DNA of 44,167 nt from an uncultured Bacilli bacterium (GCA_947628275.1 CANQZD010000045.1:1-44167); one strand, 5' to 3'; positions 1 to 9,671 are shown, counted from the first letter of the stretch. Notes: a model not told the origin generated them from the letters alone. Program-made: numbers and translations.

Positions 1-96
1 ATCAACTTATTTTAATGTCTTCATTGACAAGACACTTTTTTGCGTGTCTAAAATTTATATTTTTATTTTCAACCTTATACCCTCTTTCTGCAATTA

Positions 97-125
97 ATTT
101 TAATATAAACAAATGTTCGTGTCAA
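97..125 (-). promoter_or_regulatory. sigmaA-type promoter divergent from lexA, with SOS box in the spacer
   Basis: Minus strand TTGACA(125-120)-17 bp-TAAAAT(102-97). The spacer contains CGAAC-ATTT-GTTTA (119-106), close to the Bacillota LexA box CGAAC-N4-GTTCG. Confidence 0.7.
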
Positions 126-143
126 ACTATTTTTGCAGATAAG

Positions 144-163
144 TGTCAAACATGTGTTTGACA
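144..163. promoter_or_regulatory. LexA (SOS) operator overlapping the lexA -35
   Basis: Inverted repeat TGTCAAACA-TG-TGTTTGACA containing CAAAC-ATGT-GTTTG, a variant of GAAC-N4-GTTC. Confidence 0.65.
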
Positions 164-186
164 AATAAATAGGTGTATGCTATATT
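158..186 (+). promoter_or_regulatory. lexA sigmaA promoter
   Basis: TTGACA(158-163)-17 bp-TATATT(181-186), preceded by TGn (extended -10). Confidence 0.7.
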
Positions 187-209
187 AATCATGGAGAGTG
201 AAATTATTT

Positions 210-839
210 ATGAAAACTAAAAATAAAAAATTAACCCCCAAACAAGAAGAAGTATTCAATTTTATAAAAAAATATAGTGCTGAACATGGGTTTCCCCCTT
301 CAGTAAGAGAAATATGTGCTAACTTAGGATTAAGAAGTCCAGCCACAGTTCAAGCCCATATCAATCATTTAAAAGAAGCAGGGGTAATAAAAAATTCTTC
401 TAATAAATTTAGAACTATTGAAATACTTACCGAAAATGAATATTTAACTAAAAATGAGGATGTCATTAAAGTACCTCTACTTGGTAAAGTAACTGCAGGA
501 AATCCCATTGAAGCCATTGAAAAACCCGATGAATATTTTGATATTCCTCAAAGCCTAGTTCCCATCGGTAAAAATATATTTACCTTAGAAGTAAGTGGTG
601 AATCCATGATTAACAAAGGTATCTTTGATGGAGACTACGTTATTATTGAAAAACAAAACACGGCTAATAACGGTGATGTCGTTGTTGCTATGACTGAAGA
701 TAATGAAGTAACACTAAAAACCTTTTATAAAGAAAAAGACCATATTAGACTTCAACCTGAAAATGATACAATGGCCCCATTTATTTTCAAAAACATTACG
801 ATTTTAGGTAAAGCAATTGGTTTATTTAGAAGATTTTAA
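210..839 (+). CDS. lexA: SOS repressor LexA
   Basis: wHTH (GFPPSVREI), Ala-Gly cleavage site (VTAG), catalytic Ser (GESM) and Lys (TLK). ATG at 210 preferred to GTG at 198 on RBS spacing. Confidence 0.97.
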   Translation: MKTKNKKLTPKQEEVFNFIKKYSAEHGFPPSVREICANLGLRSPATVQAHINHLKEAGVIKNSSNKFRTIEILTENEYLTKNEDVIKVPLLGKVTAGNPIEAIEKPDEYFDIPQSLVPIGKNIFTLEVSGESMINKGIFDGDYVIIEKQNTANNGDVVVAMTEDNEVTLKTFYKEKDHIRLQPENDTMAPFIFKNITILGKAIGLFRRF

Positions 840-871
840 AAAGATATTCTAGTTTCCTAAAATATCTTTTT
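838..871. terminator. bidirectional intrinsic terminator
   Basis: AAAAAGATATT...AATATCTTTTT inverted repeat between convergent lexA and rhomboid genes. Confidence 0.6.
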
Positions 872-2017
872 TTATCTGAAAAAGACAATATAAGCTAAAA
901 ACAATAAATAAATAACCGTCGTAATAGCTCCATTAATCATATCATTTTTAGAACTCTTGCCTCTTACTCCTAAAGCCATTGTAGCTAAATATCCGCCAAC
1001 TAAACCACCAATATGAGCAGCATTATCTATTCCTGGAATAATAAATCCTAAAATTAAATTAAGAACAATAATAGGAATAATTTGATTTTTTAAAACACTA
1101 CCTAAATATAATCGATAATGATAACCAAAATAAACTAAACTACCCAATAATCCAAAAATTGCTCCTGACGCTCCCGCACTAACAACATTAGGATTAAATA
1201 TACAACTCATTAAAACTCCCGAAATTGCACTTACTAAATAAATAGCCAAAAACTTATACTTTCCAATATATGTTTCTACCTGTGTTCCAATAATATACAA
1301 AGAATACATATTAACCAACAAATGCACAATTCCAACATGTAAAAATGCAGCTGTTATTAAACGCCATAATTCTCCACTTTTAATTAAAGGGGCAAATGAA
1401 GCTCCAAATCTTACTAAAGCAGCAGATGACAAATTAGCATTAGCTAAAACATAAGTCACCATAAAAATTACAACATTAATAAAAATCAAAGCATTAGTAA
1501 AGACAATCTTTTTCTTTTTAAAAGTTTTTTCATACAATTTATTATCTTCTTCAGTTTTATTATTAATATCATTTGTAACATTAACAATTAAATCTAACCC
1601 ATTCATATCAAGCATTAATTTATTTTTTATATCAGGAAACATTTTAATTAAATTAGGCTCTTTTATATCATTTAAATTTTTTATTACAATTGAATTAATA
1701 TTTTTTGAATCAGCCATCTTAATATTATCATTAACATCTAATAATATATTTAAAGCATTCATTGTTAAAGAAACCGTTTTACGTTTAACTTGATGCATAA
1801 CATTATTTAATTTTAATAAATCAAAATCCATCTGTTCATTATTATGAATATAATTAGCATTTATTCTAATAATTTTATATGGTCCATCTTGATTTTGTAA
1901 CCAAATTTCATCCTTAACACCATTAACTATAATCGGAGCATAATTTTGTTCCGTTATAAAGTAATGAGCTAAACGCATAATAATTTCATCTTTTTTATTT
2001 ATCATTATTGAAGGCAT
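872..2017 (-). CDS. rhomboid intramembrane serine protease (GluP/YqgP-like)
   Basis: WRL, HLLVN, GASG (catalytic Ser) and AHIGG motifs. Soluble N-terminal domain followed by several TM helices. Confidence 0.93.
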   Translation of the reverse strand: MPSIMINKKDEIIMRLAHYFITEQNYAPIIVNGVKDEIWLQNQDGPYKIIRINANYIHNNEQMDFDLLKLNNVMHQVKRKTVSLTMNALNILLDVNDNIKMADSKNINSIVIKNLNDIKEPNLIKMFPDIKNKLMLDMNGLDLIVNVTNDINNKTEEDNKLYEKTFKKKKIVFTNALIFINVVIFMVTYVLANANLSSAALVRFGASFAPLIKSGELWRLITAAFLHVGIVHLLVNMYSLYIIGTQVETYIGKYKFLAIYLVSAISGVLMSCIFNPNVVSAGASGAIFGLLGSLVYFGYHYRLYLGSVLKNQIIPIIVLNLILGFIIPGIDNAAHIGGLVGGYLATMALGVRGKSSKNDMINGAITTVIYLLFLAYIVFFR

Positions 2018-2071
2018 ATCATCACTCCACGACTACTATTTTATAACAGATAAGCAAAATAGTAAAGAATA

Positions 2072-2962
2072 CTAATCAAGCGTATCTAAAAAATCTTGAA
2101 AATCTTTAGGCAACGGTACTTTAAAATGAAGATTCTCTTTAGTTATTGGTTCAACAAAAGTTATTTCACTAGAATGTAAAAATTGTCCAAAATCACTAGT
2201 TTTATCTTTTTGATAAACCGGATCATTATAAATTGGATGACCAATATAAGCTAAATGAACCCTAATTTGATGAGTCCTTCCCGTTTCCAATTCACATTCA
2301 ATTAAAGTATATTTCTTAAATCTTTTTAAAACTGTCACATGTGTAATGGCATCTTTACTATTAACATCTGTAACTGCCATTTTCTTTCTCTCAATTTTAT
2401 CTCTACCTATCGGAGCATCAATAGTAATATGATTATAATCAAGAATTCCTTTAACTAACGCAATATATTTTCGCTTAACCTTTTTGTTTTTAAAATCCTC
2501 AGCTAATATTTCATGAGCTTTATTATTTTTAGCTACCAAAATTAATCCCGAAGTATCTTTATCAATCCGATGTACAATTCCTGGTCTTAAAGTATCACTT
2601 CCTAAACTTAAATTTTTAGTATGAAAAAGTAAAGCATTAACTAAAGTATGATTAGAATTACCATTTCCTGGATGAACAACCATTCCACTTGGTTTATTTA
2701 CTAAAATAACATTTTCATCTTCAAAAACAATATCTAAAGGAATATCTTCAGGTACTAAATCAATATCTTCCGTGTATTCTTTAATAATTTTTATTTCATC
2801 ATTTTCCTTAACTTTATATGAAGCTTTAACAACATTATCATTAACTAAAATACATTCCTCTTTAAGCATTTTTAAAATTAAAGACCTTGAATAATCAGTA
2901 ATATCACTTAAATATTTATCAATTCTTTCATTTACCGGTTCACTAACAATAATCTTTTGCAT
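2072..2962 (-). CDS. rluD: RluA/RluD-family pseudouridine synthase
   Basis: S4 domain, NKPSG, HRIDKDTSG and TGRTHQIRVH motifs. Follows lspA as in Bacilli. Start moved to ATG 2962 (MQKII). Confidence 0.9.
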   Translation of the reverse strand: MQKIIVSEPVNERIDKYLSDITDYSRSLILKMLKEECILVNDNVVKASYKVKENDEIKIIKEYTEDIDLVPEDIPLDIVFEDENVILVNKPSGMVVHPGNGNSNHTLVNALLFHTKNLSLGSDTLRPGIVHRIDKDTSGLILVAKNNKAHEILAEDFKNKKVKRKYIALVKGILDYNHITIDAPIGRDKIERKKMAVTDVNSKDAITHVTVLKRFKKYTLIECELETGRTHQIRVHLAYIGHPIYNDPVYQKDKTSDFGQFLHSSEITFVEPITKENLHFKVPLPKDFQDFLDTLD

Positions 2963-3410
2963 GTTTATCACTCTTTCTAAAAAGTTCAATAATTAATAAA
3001 ATCATTCCACATACAATAGCTATATCAGCTACATTAAAAGTTGGAAAATGATAATCAAAAAACTTAAAATCCAAAAAATCTCTTACAGAATAAAAAAATA
3101 CCCGATCAAATAAATTACCAACTATTCCCCCATATAATAATGAAAAAATAAATGTTTTAAAAATACTTGGTTTTACTTCCCTAGCAATTTTAATTAATAC
3201 AAATAAACAGACAATAGTTGCCAAAATAAGTACCACTATTTGATTATTTAAAATAGAAAAAGCTCCCCCTTTATTATAAGTAAAATCAATATTAAATAAA
3301 TTAGGAATAACTACTAATACTTTATTTTTAAAAAAATGTTCAATTAAAAATTTAGATGCTTGGTCCATTATAAAAATAATACTGCTACCAATAATGATTT
3401 CTTTTTTCAT
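2943..3410 (-). CDS. lspA: lipoprotein signal peptidase II
   Basis: DQASK, NKGGAFS, GNLFDR, VRDF and FNVAD motifs. Confidence 0.96.
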   Translation of the reverse strand: MKKEIIIGSSIIFIMDQASKFLIEHFFKNKVLVVIPNLFNIDFTYNKGGAFSILNNQIVVLILATIVCLFVLIKIAREVKPSIFKTFIFSLLYGGIVGNLFDRVFFYSVRDFLDFKFFDYHFPTFNVADIAIVCGMILLIIELFRKSDKHAKDYC

Positions 3411-3483
3411 CTTAATCCCTTCTTAAAAACTATTATAACGTATAAAAATAAAATTCACAACAATACTAATAAAGTGATGAAAT

Positions 3484-4779
3484 ATGAAAAAAGAAATATT
3501 TACAAATGATTTATTAAATTTTATCAAAGATGGTTCTTGTGCTTTTACTGTTGTCGATAAAATTAAAGAAATTTTACTTAGTAATGGTTTTAGTGAATTA
3601 GAAGAAACCGATATTTGGGATTTAAGTGCTGGTAATTATTTTACAACGAGAAATGATGCAACTTTAATAGCTTTTTCAATTCCTAAAAAATTTGAAGAAC
3701 GTTATGCTATTTGTAGTACGCACTGTGACACACCGGCATTAACTTTAAAAGCAAATGGCGAATATTTTAAAAACGATTATATGAAATTTAATAGTATGCC
3801 TTATGGAGGATTATTAAATTATGGATGGCTTGATAGACCTTTATCGGTAGCTGGAAGAATTATTATTGAAAAAAATCATGAATTAGAAAAAAAGATAATA
3901 GATTATAAAGAACCGATTGCTATTATTCCTAGTTTAGCAATTCATCAAAATGATAAAGCTAATACTAATCTTGATTTAAATATGCAAACTGATTTACAAC
4001 CAATAATTACTTTAAAAAATGATAATTCTAAGGATACATTTTTAGATTATTTAAAGAATAGTTTACAAATTAAAGGGGAAATAAAAGATTATGATTTATT
4101 TTTCTATAACTGTGAAGAACCTCAAATAATTGGCTTTGATAAAAATCTTTTGTTATCACCAAGAATTGATAATTTAACGAGTACTTTTGCTTGTTTACAA
4201 GGTTTTTTAGATAATAATAGTAATTCTATTAATGTTTATGTAACTTTTAATAATGAAGAGATTGGTTCTTTAACTAAAGAAGGTGCTGAAAGTAGTTTTC
4301 TTTTAGATATTTTAAAGCGAATTGCAACAAGTCTAAAATTAGATTTAGCTAAAACTTTAGCCAATAGTTTTATTATTAGTTCTGATAATACTCATGCGAT
4401 TCATCCTAATCATGACGAATTAATGGATGATACTGGTAATTTAAAATTAAATGAAGGAATAGCTATTATTAAAGAAATTAGTTCCACAACAGATGGTTAT
4501 TTTTCAAGTATTTTAAAAAAGATTTGTGATGAAATAGGCGCTAAGTACCAAGACTCAACTTTTAAAAATGATTTAAGTTCGGGCTCTACTCTATCAGGAT
4601 TAAGTTTAAGGCATGTAAGTGTATCTTCAATTGATATTGGTATACCTCAACTTGCCATGCACTCATCATTTGAAGTTTGTGGCTTAAAAGATGTTTATGA
4701 TTTATATTTAACTTTAAGTAAATTTTATCAAACTGATATTATTATAAATAAAGAAAAGACAAAACTTATTTTTCACTAG
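3484..4779 (+). CDS. M18 family (aspartyl) aminopeptidase
   Basis: HCDTP, YGG..WLDRPL, RIDNL, NEEIGS, SDNTHAIHPN and AMHS motifs. Confidence 0.92.
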   Translation: MKKEIFTNDLLNFIKDGSCAFTVVDKIKEILLSNGFSELEETDIWDLSAGNYFTTRNDATLIAFSIPKKFEERYAICSTHCDTPALTLKANGEYFKNDYMKFNSMPYGGLLNYGWLDRPLSVAGRIIIEKNHELEKKIIDYKEPIAIIPSLAIHQNDKANTNLDLNMQTDLQPIITLKNDNSKDTFLDYLKNSLQIKGEIKDYDLFFYNCEEPQIIGFDKNLLLSPRIDNLTSTFACLQGFLDNNSNSINVYVTFNNEEIGSLTKEGAESSFLLDILKRIATSLKLDLAKTLANSFIISSDNTHAIHPNHDELMDDTGNLKLNEGIAIIKEISSTTDGYFSSILKKICDEIGAKYQDSTFKNDLSSGSTLSGLSLRHVSVSSIDIGIPQLAMHSSFEVCGLKDVYDLYLTLSKFYQTDIIINKEKTKLIFH

Positions 4780-5485
4780 GTTTTGTCTTTTTAGTAGTTG
4801 TTTTCTTTTTAGTTGGTGTTTTTTTCTTAGGAGATTTTTTTACTTCTTCTTTTTCTTTAACTTCAATTATTTCTTGTTTGGCTTCAATTTCCTTTTCATC
4901 TTTGACAATGGTATTAGCAAGAATATCATGTAAGCCTCGACCATCAGTTCTAACTAACATAAAGAATAATGTAATATACATAATAATATAACTTACTAAA
5001 TTAACATTTTGGTAAACATTATAGTAATTTTCCGAACTCATTGTAAAGACAATAATTAATTCAATTATTGGAATTAATATATTATATAAAATGATTGCTC
5101 TTACCAAATAATTAACCATACTTAACGGTTTATCATTTGCACTTGCTAATTTTAATTTAAATATTTTCTTACCAATAGTTTGTCCTTTATATAAAAATTG
5201 AAAGATAACAAAATAGCCAATAAAACAAATTGTTGATACAATAACATAACTACCATTTAAACGGTATAAATCATAAGCAATAGGAATTAAAGCTTCATTA
5301 AATTCTTCACTACTTATTTCATTATTTTGAAATTGTTCATTTACTCTTACTACTTCATTATATTTAGTATTATATTCTTCTTTATGTGGATTTACAAAAG
5401 GAAGTAACATAACACCATAAATAATAACTGTTACAACTAAATAATCAATTAAATACGCTCCTAAACGTTTTAATAAGGTTTTCAA
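4766..5485 (-). CDS. RDD family membrane protein
   Basis: KRLGAYLID, GQTIGK, RGLHDILA.T motifs. Lys/Thr-rich C-terminal tail. TTG start. Confidence 0.88.
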   Translation of the reverse strand: MKTLLKRLGAYLIDYLVVTVIIYGVMLLPFVNPHKEEYNTKYNEVVRVNEQFQNNEISSEEFNEALIPIAYDLYRLNGSYVIVSTICFIGYFVIFQFLYKGQTIGKKIFKLKLASANDKPLSMVNYLVRAIILYNILIPIIELIIVFTMSSENYYNVYQNVNLVSYIIMYITLFFMLVRTDGRGLHDILANTIVKDEKEIEAKQEIIEVKEKEEVKKSPKKKTPTKKKTTTKKTKPSEK

Positions 5486-5540
5486 ATAAAAACATCCCTT
5501 TCTTGTTTAAAGATTATATCATGATGAATACTAAAATTCA

Positions 5541-5734
5541 ATTTATTTATAGTTTTGAAGCTCTTTGTTCTCTACCTTTTCATGTTAAAGTTCAAGTAAA
5601 TCTTCTGCTTGCATTTTTTTTACTATTTGTAAAATCCAAAAAATATTTATTAACCATATTTGTATATTATTTTTTAAATGAATTTGGGACCACCAACCAT
5701 TGATTTTAAGCCAATACAATTCTTCTATTGCCAC
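5541..5734 (-). pseudogene. possible eroded gene remnant between dut and the RDD gene
   Basis: Unusually long spacer for this genome. Protein-like fragments in different minus frames are broken by stops. No SD sequence. Confidence 0.25.
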
Positions 5735-5749
5735 TCATTACTTATTATC

Positions 5750-6208
5750 TTAAGCTTTATCAGTTGAACCAAAGCCACCTTTTCTTGTTCCTTCAGCTAT
5801 GTCATGGTCAACCGTTAAAAATTTTAAAAACATTACTTGTCCAATAACATCCCCTTTATGAACTTCTAATGGTTCTTTATTAAAATTAAAATATTGAAAA
5901 TAAAAATGACCATCATTACCTTCATTACCATAATAATCAGCATCTACTAAGCCAATACTATTAGCCATTATAAAACCCTTTTTAGGTCCTGAACTTCTGT
6001 TTAATAAAATATAACATTCATCATCTTGACAATATGCTTTTAAACCCGTTGGAATAAGAGTTGGCTTAATTCCAAATTCATATGGTGGGATTGTAATATC
6101 TTCTGCTGCTTCAACATCATAAGCTGCACTTTTTTTAGTTTTTCTAATTGGTAAATGAATATCCTTATCTTCATATCCTTTAACTACTTCAAATCCTCTT
6201 TCTTTCAT
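5750..6208 (-). CDS. dut: trimeric dUTPase
   Basis: AAYD, RSS, GLVDADY and RKGGFGST motifs. ATG 6208 is the likely start. Confidence 0.95.
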   Translation of the reverse strand: MKERGFEVVKGYEDKDIHLPIRKTKKSAAYDVEAAEDITIPPYEFGIKPTLIPTGLKAYCQDDECYILLNRSSGPKKGFIMANSIGLVDADYYGNEGNDGHFYFQYFNFNKEPLEVHKGDVIGQVMFLKFLTVDHDIAEGTRKGGFGSTDKA

Positions 6209-6244
6209 TCTAATCACATCCTTAAAATAATTATAACTAATATT

Positions 6245-6880
6245 TTAATATTTGTCATATAAAAGTGTTATTTTATGTTTTTTTATTTCAATAAAACCTT
6301 CTTCTTTTAAATATTTTAATTCTCTTGACATTGCACTTCTATCAATTGCTAAATAATCAGCTAAATTAGTAAAACTAAATGGTAAATTTAATACTCTAGT
6401 TTTTGTTTTTCGAGTTTCAATATTAAAATATTCCAATAATTTATTTCTAATCGTTTTTTTAGTTAAAATTTCAATTCGATTATTTTTTTCTTCAATTTTT
6501 AAAAGAACTATTTCTAATAAATTTTTAATAAATTGACTATAATATTTTTTATTTTCTAATTCTAAAGCTTTAATTTCATCATAATCAATTATATAAACAA
6601 CACTTTCTTCTTTAGTGACAATTTCATATTCATTAGAAAGTGGTGTAATATCGGTCCCAAAAACGTCATCTTCTTCTAATTCTTCAATAATTGTTCTGGT
6701 CCCATCATAATCATTTTTAATAATTTGCATCATCCCTTTAACTACAATTCCAATAATATTTCCCCGGTTTATATTAGATAAAATTGATTGATTTTTTGGA
6801 AATGTTAATCGGCTTGACTCTAAAGTGTAAAGCAATTTTTCACGATTTTTAAGGCTAATATTTTGAAAAGGACTAATCAT
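6245..6880 (-). CDS. Crp/Fnr family transcriptional regulator
   Basis: cNMP-type beta domain (VKG...DVFG), long C-helix, HTH LADYLAIDRSAMSREL. True start ATG 6880 behind GGAGG (6892-6888). Confidence 0.9.
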   Translation of the reverse strand: MISPFQNISLKNREKLLYTLESSRLTFPKNQSILSNINRGNIIGIVVKGMMQIIKNDYDGTRTIIEELEEDDVFGTDITPLSNEYEIVTKEESVVYIIDYDEIKALELENKKYYSQFIKNLLEIVLLKIEEKNNRIEILTKKTIRNKLLEYFNIETRKTKTRVLNLPFSFTNLADYLAIDRSAMSRELKYLKEEGFIEIKKHKITLLYDKY

Positions 6881-6918
6881 TTTACAACCTCCTAAAAAAA
6901 TCATAACATAATTTGTAA

Positions 6919-6938
6919 AATGTTGCAATTGCAACATT
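6919..6938. promoter_or_regulatory. perfect 20-bp palindrome, probable operator of the adjacent Crp/Fnr regulator
   Basis: AATGTTGCAA-TTGCAACATT (TGTTGC-N4-GCAACA) between the divergent regulator and nrdD. Confidence 0.75.
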
Positions 6939-6954
6939 AAACTTTTTTGATATG

Positions 6955-6970
6955 GTGCTATACTTGGTGT
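6955..6970 (+). promoter_or_regulatory. nrdD extended -10 overlapped by an NrdR-box-like site
   Basis: TGcTATACT at 6956-6964. GTGCTATACTTGGTGT partly matches acaCwAtATaTwGtgt. Confidence 0.45.
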
Positions 6971-6994
6971 GGTTAAAGGAAGGTAGGCAGTATT

Positions 6995-9148
6995 ATGAAA
7001 ATAATTAAACGTGATGGACACATGGTAGATTATTGTCCTGAAAAAATTGAAAATGCTATTATGAAAGCAAATAAAGAAGTTGAAGAAGAAGAACAAGCAA
7101 GCGCAACTCAAATAAAAAATATTATTAAATATATTGAAAAATTAGGTAAAAAAAGAATGCTTGTTGAAGACATCCAAGATATCATTGAAGAAAAATTAAT
7201 GAGTATTGGCAAATATGCTCTAGCCAAAAAATATATAACTTATCGTTATACTAGAGAGCTAGTTAGAAAAAGTAACACTACAGATTTAGCAATTAAAGAA
7301 TTAATTGATGGTGAAAGTGAATATTGGAATACTGAAAATTCTAATAAAAATGCCAAAATAATTACTACCCAAAGAGATTATCTAGCTGGTATTACTAGCA
7401 CTGATATCACCAGAAGATTTTTACTTCCTGAAGATATTGTTAAAGCTCATGATGAAGGTATTATTCACTTCCATGATGCCGATTACTTTGCTCAAAATGC
7501 CATGCATAACTGTGACTTAATAAACTTAGAAGACATGTTACAAAATGGTACGAATATCAATGGTGTAATGATTGAAAAACCTCATAAATTTTTAACAGCT
7601 ATGACCATTGCAACTCAACTTATTACTGCAGTTAATTCAAGTCAATATGGTGGAGTTACAATTACTCTTACTCACTTAGCACCTTTTGTCAGAGACAGTT
7701 ATAATCGTTATTTAGATAAATATAAAGCTAGAAAATTTAGCAAAGCTGATTGTGAAAAATATGCTAAAGAAGATTTAGCAAGAGAAATTAAAGACGGAGT
7801 TCAAACATTCCAATATCAAATTAACTCAATGACAACTACTAACGGTCAAGCTCCATTCTTAAGTGTTTGTATGTATTTAGGTGAAACAGAAGAATACAAA
7901 GAAGAATTAGCAATGATTATTGAAGAAGTCTTAAAACAACGAATTGAAGGCATGAAAAATGATAAAGGTGTATGGGTTACTCCAGCCTTTCCTAAACTTT
8001 TATATGTTTTAGAAGAAGACAATATTCATGAAGATAGCAAATATTGGTATTTAACTAAACTTGCAGCTGAATGTACAGCTAAAAGAATGGTTCCAGATTA
8101 TATCTCTGAAAAAATTATGAAACAATTAAAAATTGATAAAAATGGTGATGGTCAATGTTATCCTTGTATGGGATGTCGTTCTTTCCTTACTCCATATGTA
8201 GATGAATCTGGCAAACCTAAATATTATGGAAGATTTAATCAAGGAGTTGTAACAATTAACTTAGTTGATGTTGCCCTAAGTTCTGATAAAGATGAAGAAG
8301 AATTCTGGAAGATTATGGACGATCGTCTAGAATTATGTCATCGTGCTTTACAAATTCGTCATAAAAGACTTAGCAAAGCTACTAGTGACGTTGCTCCAAT
8401 ATTATGGCAACATGGTGCTCTAGCAAGATTAAAACCAGGTGAATCAATTCATGATTTATTACATAATGGCTACTCTACTATTTCTTTAGGATATGCCGGA
8501 CTATATGAATGTACTAAATATATGACTGGTCATTCTCATACTGATAATGGCAAAGGTAAAGAATTTGCTTTAAGCGTTATGAGAAAATTAAATGAAGCTT
8601 GTAAAAAATGGAAAGAAACTGAAAATATTGACTACAGTGTTTATGGAACTCCTATCGAATCAACAACTTATAAATTTGCCAAAGCTTTAAGAGAAAGATT
8701 TGGAGTTGTCAAAGGTATTACAGACCGTGATTATATAACTAATTCTTATCATGTTCCTGTATTTGAAGAAATTGATGCTTTTGATAAATTAAAATTAGAA
8801 AGTGAATTCCAAGCTCTAAGTCCTGGTGGAGCAATATCATATATTGAAACTCCTAATTTATCTAATAATTTAGACGCAGTTATTGAAGTAATTAAATTTA
8901 TTTATGATACTATCATGTATGCTGAATTAAACACTAAATTAGATTATTGTCACGAATGTGGATATACTGGTGAGATTTTAATTGATGATAACCTTGAATG
9001 GTATTGTCCAGAATGTGGTAATCGTGACCACGCTAAATTAAATGTTGCTAGACGTACTTGTGGTTACATTGGTTCTAACTTCTGGAATAAGGGTCGTACT
9101 CAAGAAATTAAAGAAAGAGTTATTCACTTAGATAATAAGGATGCTTAA
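6995..9148 (+). CDS. nrdD: anaerobic (class III) ribonucleoside-triphosphate reductase
   Basis: N-terminal ATP cone (IIKRDG), MGCRS, CxxC..CxxC zinc site and RTCGY glycyl-radical motif. Confidence 0.98.
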   Translation: MKIIKRDGHMVDYCPEKIENAIMKANKEVEEEEQASATQIKNIIKYIEKLGKKRMLVEDIQDIIEEKLMSIGKYALAKKYITYRYTRELVRKSNTTDLAIKELIDGESEYWNTENSNKNAKIITTQRDYLAGITSTDITRRFLLPEDIVKAHDEGIIHFHDADYFAQNAMHNCDLINLEDMLQNGTNINGVMIEKPHKFLTAMTIATQLITAVNSSQYGGVTITLTHLAPFVRDSYNRYLDKYKARKFSKADCEKYAKEDLAREIKDGVQTFQYQINSMTTTNGQAPFLSVCMYLGETEEYKEELAMIIEEVLKQRIEGMKNDKGVWVTPAFPKLLYVLEEDNIHEDSKYWYLTKLAAECTAKRMVPDYISEKIMKQLKIDKNGDGQCYPCMGCRSFLTPYVDESGKPKYYGRFNQGVVTINLVDVALSSDKDEEEFWKIMDDRLELCHRALQIRHKRLSKATSDVAPILWQHGALARLKPGESIHDLLHNGYSTISLGYAGLYECTKYMTGHSHTDNGKGKEFALSVMRKLNEACKKWKETENIDYSVYGTPIESTTYKFAKALRERFGVVKGITDRDYITNSYHVPVFEEIDAFDKLKLESEFQALSPGGAISYIETPNLSNNLDAVIEVIKFIYDTIMYAELNTKLDYCHECGYTGEILIDDNLEWYCPECGNRDHAKLNVARRTCGYIGSNFWNKGRTQEIKERVIHLDNKDA

Positions 9149-9150
9149 TT

Positions 9151-9645
9151 ATGAGATACAATAAAATAAGAAAAATGGACATCTCCAATGGACCCGGTGT
9201 AAGAGTAGCAATATTCTTACAAGGTTGTTCATTTAATTGTAAAAATTGTTTTAATCCTGAAACCCATGATTTTAATGGAGGTTCAGAATTTAATGAAGAA
9301 GTAATTAATAAAGTTTTACAATTAGCTGATAAAGACCACATTGCTGGTCTTTCCATCTTAGGCGGTGAACCAATGCATCCTAAAAATATTGAAGCAACTA
9401 AAAAGCTTGCTAAAGCATTTAAAGAAAAATATCCAGATAAAACAGTTTGGGTATGGTCTGGTTTTCTATTTGAAAATTTAAAAGATAAAGATGTTTTAAA
9501 TTATATTGATGTTTTAGTAGATGGTCAATTTGTTGATGAATTAAGAGACCCTACTTTGCATTGGAAAGGTTCATCAAACCAAAGAGTTATTGATGTCAAA
9601 AAAACTTTAAAAAATAATAAAATTACTATCTTAGAAGAAAAATAA
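9151..9645 (+). CDS. nrdG: class III RNR activating enzyme (radical SAM)
   Basis: NGPGVR, CxxxCxxC, GGEP and GSSNQR motifs. 2 nt after nrdD. Confidence 0.97.
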   Translation: MRYNKIRKMDISNGPGVRVAIFLQGCSFNCKNCFNPETHDFNGGSEFNEEVINKVLQLADKDHIAGLSILGGEPMHPKNIEATKKLAKAFKEKYPDKTVWVWSGFLFENLKDKDVLNYIDVLVDGQFVDELRDPTLHWKGSSNQRVIDVKKTLKNNKITILEEK

Positions 9646-9671
9646 AATAAGAATCACTCTTATTTTATTTT
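9639..9671. terminator. bidirectional terminator
   Basis: AAAATAAAATAAGA-ATCAC-TCTTATTTTATTTT, a 14-bp stem between convergent genes. Confidence 0.65.

Noticed and set aside
4766-4860. Lys/Thr low-complexity repeat at the RDD 3' end and its 14-nt convergent overlap with M18
   Set aside because: Ordinary disordered tail and compact gene packing, not a DNA repeat element.
5503-5703. 66-aa plus-strand ORF
   Set aside because: No RBS, no recognisable motif, and it covers the RDD promoter.
6881-7111. N-terminal extension of the 288-aa Crp ORF
   Set aside because: It overlaps nrdD antisense and the shared promoter region. A GGAGG RBS supports ATG 6880.
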